From: Promethearchaeota archaeon
Lineage (GTDB): Archaea; Asgardarchaeota; Lokiarchaeia; Sigyniarchaeales; SOKP01
Direction of reading: 5' to 3'
DNA: 64,000 nt
Assembly: GCA_030599585.1 (NCBI GenBank)
Contig: JAUVNS010000011.1
Location: 128,001 to 192,000 of the forward strand
A program made the position numbers and the translations under genes. Below, one piece after another: positions 59,926-64,000 of this stretch. Position 1 is the stretch's first letter, and every line of letters starts with the position of its first letter. A model generated the notes under the pieces. The model was not told where the DNA came from and made no database searches. It saw only the letters and a list, made by a program, of their open reading frames with translations.

Positions 59926-60741
59926 TTAATTAAAAACATTTATAGGATTTCTTGATTCAAAAAAATAAAAATCATCGCGAGGAAATTCTAAACTCAGAAT
60001 ATTATGCATTTTTTTCAAAGCTACGATGTTACAGTTATAGAGAGATATTCCTATTAAGTTTAGACGGGATTCTTTAGCGTAATTAGCAATTTGATGATCA
60101 AAATAACCAGAAATATAACAATCACATCCGTATTTTAATGCCTTCCGGAGATAACTTCTATTTAATTTATCGCTCCCTACAATACAAATTTTCTTAACTT
60201 CTGAATTTAATTCACCTACGAATAAAATGTCTTCAACTTCTAGATTAGACTTAGTTCTTCTAAGTAAATTGTCTAAAGTCATAATTTTGTTGTTCTCTGT
60301 ATAAAAATTTGGGACACAAATTCTACCTAACGGAATAGATACGCCCCTATTGTTTTTAACATTAAATATTTGATCCAATTTTAAATAGAGCGATTCCATA
60401 ATAGTATCCGAAACACCTCCCTCAGCGGCTATAAAAGTTGAGTTTAAAATAAAAATCAACAAGGGATATCTAGATAATAAATTTAATTTGTTAATCAATA
60501 TTTGGTTAAAATGAGTGATAGGGTTATTACTCAAGTTGTAGAGAGAGATAATGAGGTTTATTTTATTCTTTATTGCATAATGAATTGATTCCAGGCTTAA
60601 ATCAACCGTAAACAATATTTTTTTAATATATTTCTTACTGTTGATTTGTCCGTAATATAATCCGTAATATTCAGAATCAATCCTATAATTTTTAGGAGAT
60701 AATTTGTTTTCAATTATTAATTCAATCTCATCAAAAAACAT
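59926..60741 (-). CDS. Nif3/YbgI-like protein, degenerate metal site
   Basis: YGL, IKKILFTVD, GGVSD, PLGRI, VKKICIVG, DCYISG. Confidence 0.75.
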   Translation of the reverse strand: MFFDEIELIIENKLSPKNYRIDSEYYGLYYGQINSKKYIKKILFTVDLSLESIHYAIKNKINLIISLYNLSNNPITHFNQILINKLNLLSRYPLLIFILNSTFIAAEGGVSDTIMESLYLKLDQIFNVKNNRGVSIPLGRICVPNFYTENNKIMTLDNLLRRTKSNLEVEDILFVGELNSEVKKICIVGSDKLNRSYLRKALKYGCDCYISGYFDHQIANYAKESRLNLIGISLYNCNIVALKKMHNILSLEFPRDDFYFFESRNPINVFN

Positions 60742-60861
60742 TCAAATCATACCCTACTATGTAATCTTTAAGATTTAAATAAACCAAAAAAATTAAAAGG
60801 CTGTGAAGGTTTTTTAAAGTTTATAATTTTTAATCATTATTAATATAATTATGGTGAATGA

Positions 60862-61296
60862 GTGGAGTTATTGTTGAGTAACGATGATTGCTTATTTTGT
60901 AAAATAATAGCAAAAAAAATTCCTTCCAAAATTTTGTATGAAAATAATGATACGATCGCATTTCTAGATATTTTTCCAATATCTCAGGGTCATACTATTG
61001 TAATTCCTAAAAAGCATTATACTAATCTAGAAACCATCCCGATAAAGGAATTATATGAAGTTATGGGGACTGTCAAAATTGTATCTAATTTGATTTATAA
61101 TAATTTGGATATTGATGGTTACAACATATTGCAAAATAACTATAAGGCTGCTGGCCAAGTAATTAATCACTTTCATATTCATATAATTCCTAGGAGTGAT
61201 GCTGATGGAAAATTCAAATTATTAATCCCTAGAGAACAAGCAACTGAAGAAGAACTCAGTTTAACGCTAAAAATTATTAGCGATTCATATATGTAG
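60862..61296 (+). CDS. HIT-family nucleotide hydrolase
   Basis: CLFCKI, FLDIFP..GHT.VIPK.H, AGQ..NHFHIHIIPR. Confidence 0.93.
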   Translation: MELLLSNDDCLFCKIIAKKIPSKILYENNDTIAFLDIFPISQGHTIVIPKKHYTNLETIPIKELYEVMGTVKIVSNLIYNNLDIDGYNILQNNYKAAGQVINHFHIHIIPRSDADGKFKLLIPREQATEEELSLTLKIISDSYM

Positions 61297-61351
61297 CTTT
61301 TTAGTTTAGTTTAAAAAGCTATTTTGGTATTGTAATGCAAATAAGGTTCTT

Positions 61352-61579
61352 TTGAGTATGAAAAAGAAGAAATTCATTAAAAAGAAAATCACTTTAAGTA
61401 AAATAAAAGATTTCTTCTCAGACGAGTATGGTGGTAATCTAATAGAATATGCTCTTTTAATTGGATTAGCTTTATTTATTTTCTTTATAATTGTCGGAGT
61501 TATGACATCTTTGCTAGATTGGCCTTTAGACTTAGTAAATAATTTTTGGGAAGATTTTGGTGCGATACTTAAAAACTGA
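61352..61579 (+). CDS. Flp-like small prepilin (class III signal peptide)
   Basis: Basic leader, FFSDEYG|GNLIEYALLIGL with E at +5 followed by Y, then a hydrophobic helix. Confidence 0.7.
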   Translation: MSMKKKKFIKKKITLSKIKDFFSDEYGGNLIEYALLIGLALFIFFIIVGVMTSLLDWPLDLVNNFWEDFGAILKN

Positions 61580-61641
61580 TTTCTTTAAATCATAAGATTT
61601 TTGTTATTAAATTGCGCAAACTAAAGAAGAATAAATAGATT

Positions 61642-62016
61642 TTATTCCAGATCTTTTATAACAAGGTTTTCTATGATTTTAATATTATATTTTTCCGTCC
61701 ATATATGAATATTCTCCATAACCAACTTTTTATCGACTTGAAGAAAATTTATAAAGTCAGTAAAAGGTATTTTATCAGCACCTTTAAATAAATTCTTTAT
61801 TTTTTCGTTAATTATTGCGTCATTAGGAGGGAATAATTCTCTTTTTTTTGCTTTCATTTTTTCTATAACATCGTCAAATCTACCGTAATCAAAAAAATGA
61901 TCCACAATTCTGCTAATCACTGAAGCAGGAGTACTTCCAAAAACCCCTACTAATCCTTTTACTTCATTCATACTTATTTTACTTAAAGTTACCGTTGTCC
62001 GTGTAGTTTCAGTCAT
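61642..62016 (-). CDS. Ribbon-helix-helix-like DNA-binding protein
   Basis: TRTTVTL beta strand followed by two helices (FGSTPASVISRIV). Confidence 0.55.
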   Translation of the reverse strand: MTETTRTTVTLSKISMNEVKGLVGVFGSTPASVISRIVDHFFDYGRFDDVIEKMKAKKRELFPPNDAIINEKIKNLFKGADKIPFTDFINFLQVDKKLVMENIHIWTEKYNIKIIENLVIKDLE

Positions 62017-62239
62017 TTTAATGTTGGTTTAGCTTTGTTTCATAAATATAAAATAATTTTGTCGTTTTTAAGTTTATGTTTATTGATGATAATAATGCAT
62101 AAATAAGCATCTTTATATAAAACTCGGTACTATAATATATTATAACAACAGGCACTGTCGTATGTGTTAAAATGTCGAAAAATTGTCGAATACATTAATG
62201 AAATAGAGTAAAATAAAATAAAAAATGGAGGAATAAATT

Positions 62240-62494
62240 ATGGTAAACACCGTTATAAACAATAGCGATTTTAATTCAAAAGAGTATTTAACTCCAATTC
62301 AGAGTAATTTGATTAATAAATTACGAAATTTTGGACCTACTACGCGTAAGGATTTAGTTAAAATACTAAATAGCCCCAGAACCACTATTTACGATAATCT
62401 TTTAAAGCTACAAAAAAGAAAACTTATCGAAAAGTTCACAAGAAACAATGGGATGAGAGGTAGACCATTAGTTTTTTGGAAAGTTAAGGAATAA
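62240..62494 (+). CDS. Small winged-helix (HTH) protein
   Basis: GPTTRKDL...PRTTIYDNL..L...GRP; GGAGG RBS. Confidence 0.85.
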   Translation: MVNTVINNSDFNSKEYLTPIQSNLINKLRNFGPTTRKDLVKILNSPRTTIYDNLLKLQKRKLIEKFTRNNGMRGRPLVFWKVKE

Positions 62495-62547
62495 AAAAAA
62501 AAAACTTCTTCTTATTAATGACATTAACTTTTTAATAAAAGACAATA

Positions 62548-62726
62548 ACCCCAATATTTCCACTGCAAAAACAGAAACTAAACAAAAAAAGAAAAAATTT
62601 CTATATTATAACTAAACAAGCCCCAGCTTTAAATTATTTATTAATATTTAAATTCTATTATTAACAATTTTAGTTTAACTTATAAAATTTTAAGTTATTA
62701 ATAATTTCCAATGGAAAAATAGGAGT
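62548..62726. other. Candidate replication origin: inverted ORB-like boxes flanking an AT-rich spacer
   Basis: TTGCAGTGGAAATATTGGGGT (minus, 62568-62548) and TTCCAATGGAAAAATAGGAGT (plus, 62706-62726). Confidence 0.55.
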
Positions 62727-62761
62727 AAATAGCTTTAAGGAATATTAAAATTCCAATTTAT

Positions 62762-64000
62762 TTATTGAGGAATGTAGTAGTATTCGTTTATTCTTTTTTG
62801 ATAAGTATCTTTTGTACTTCCTATCTTATTAACTCGAGGTCTTTTTGTTTCTTTTTCTCTTCTAAAGGTGATTCCCATCATTTTCAAAAATAAATTAAAC
62901 CCATCTCTCAAATTTAATGGAGCTAGGGCTCTTCCTTCTATACCTGGAGTTCCTTCAAATACTAAGATCGAGTCTGCTATAAAATCTTGTGTGATGATGT
63001 CATGTTCTACAACGAATGCTGATTTTTTTAAATCTTCTATTGATTTTCGTAATAATTGTGCAACTGTTAATCTCATTTCTATATCTAAAAAAGCAGATGG
63101 TTCATCCAATAAATAAATATCAGCTTCGGTAGACAGGCAATCGGCAATTGTTACTCGCTGTAATTCGCCACCACTTAATTCAGACATCTTTCTATCTTTA
63201 ATATTGTCGAGTTTAAGGCTATTTATTAATCGTTTTTTATACGGTTGGCTAAGATAAGGAGCTGATCTAATTTTAGTTAATGTGTCAGAAACTAATTTAG
63301 ATTCATCTATTTTAATGTATTGAGGTTTTAAAGAAATTTTAAGATTTTTTTCATCAAAACTATTAATTTTTTCATCAGATATGATTTTCTTAGCAATTAA
63401 ATCGATAAATGTTGACTTTCCAATTCCGTTAGGCCCTAAAATTCCTAGAATTTCACCAGCATGGACTTCACTCCCCGTTACTGTCAAGTGAAAGTCTCCA
63501 AGAGTTTTTTCTAAATTTTCATAAGAAAAAATACTTGCGCCAGTATCAAATAAAGAATCAATTGGGGGTCTTTCGTGAAATTTAATTGGTTCATCTCTAA
63601 TTCTTACATTTTCATCTTTAATATATCCATTCAAATAGATGTTAATTCCTACTCTTACACCTTGCGGATGGGAAATAATACCATACGCTCCAGGAACTCC
63701 ATAAAATAAGGATATGTAATCGCTTAAATAATCTAATATCGCTAAATCATGCTCTACAACTACAACAGTTTTGTTGTCGTCAGAAAGACTTCTGATCAAT
63801 TTAGCCATATTTATTCTTTCACTAACATCTAAGTAAGAACTAGGCTCGTCAATAAGGTATACATCAGCATCTTTCAAGTAAGCAGCAGCAATTGCTACCC
63901 TTTGAACCTCTCCTCCAGAAAGAACTGATAGTTTTCTATCAAGAATGCCATTGAGATTTAGATCTTGAACGATATTATCTAAAAGATCATTTACATCATT
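62762..64000 (-). CDS. rli: Ribosome recycling ATPase ABCE1/RLI (3' part; gene begins beyond the window)
   Basis: Two LSGGE signatures, DEPS, VEHD, GPNGIGKS, ITFRR..RPRVNK..D..QK..YYY; frame is open to 64000. Confidence 0.95.
   Translation of the reverse strand, partial: NDVNDLLDNIVQDLNLNGILDRKLSVLSGGEVQRVAIAAAYLKDADVYLIDEPSSYLDVSERINMAKLIRSLSDDNKTVVVVEHDLAILDYLSDYISLFYGVPGAYGIISHPQGVRVGINIYLNGYIKDENVRIRDEPIKFHERPPIDSLFDTGASIFSYENLEKTLGDFHLTVTGSEVHAGEILGILGPNGIGKSTFIDLIAKKIISDEKINSFDEKNLKISLKPQYIKIDESKLVSDTLTKIRSAPYLSQPYKKRLINSLKLDNIKDRKMSELSGGELQRVTIADCLSTEADIYLLDEPSAFLDIEMRLTVAQLLRKSIEDLKKSAFVVEHDIITQDFIADSILVFEGTPGIEGRALAPLNLRDGFNLFLKMMGITFRREKETKRPRVNKIGSTKDTYQKRINEYYYIPQ

Noticed and set aside
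1439-63116. Many 60-120 aa antisense or alternate-frame ORFs in the track (e.g. 3597-3908, 5979-6287, 25676-26029, 30486-30734, 32479-32706)
   Set aside because: They lie fully inside motif-supported genes and have the S/F/L/I-rich composition expected from the reverse strand of K/E-rich genes.

Overview
AT-rich archaeal chromosomal segment, most consistent with an Asgard archaeon of the Lokiarchaeia type. This is inferred from top6A/B, rpl15e, TFB, Rpp30/Pop5, arcTGT, aRqcH and ABCE1 occurring with roadblock, longin-like and EMC6-like genes, and from frequent TTG/GTG starts. It holds about 55 CDS, three tRNAs (Ala-CGC, Arg-TCT with two non-canonical introns, Ile-GAT) and one box C/D guide RNA. 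No CRISPR array or transposon was seen. The most notable elements are missed by the ORF track. (1) A tandem ~235-bp duplicated transcription unit (51321-51849); each copy has a promoter, hairpins, a strong RBS and a 9-codon micro-ORF (MPGEG[T/Y]INP), and the pair lies downstream of a DUF885-like metallopeptidase. (2) A Trp-rich 23-aa leader peptide with a terminator-like hairpin upstream of trpB2, resembling bacterial attenuation. (3) A remodelled Smc-ScpAB system: SMC has no recognisable hinge or zinc hook, a duplicated helical centre and arms built of ~90-aa repeats; ScpA has a hidden HeH/SAP-like domain also present on Top6B; ScpB has a very acidic tail. (4) A pair of inverted ORB-like boxes around an AT-rich spacer, a candidate replication origin at 62548-62726. 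(5) Several conserved genes can apparently only start at ATT/ATA/CTG/ATC codons. All family assignments come from motif recognition by eye, not database searches.
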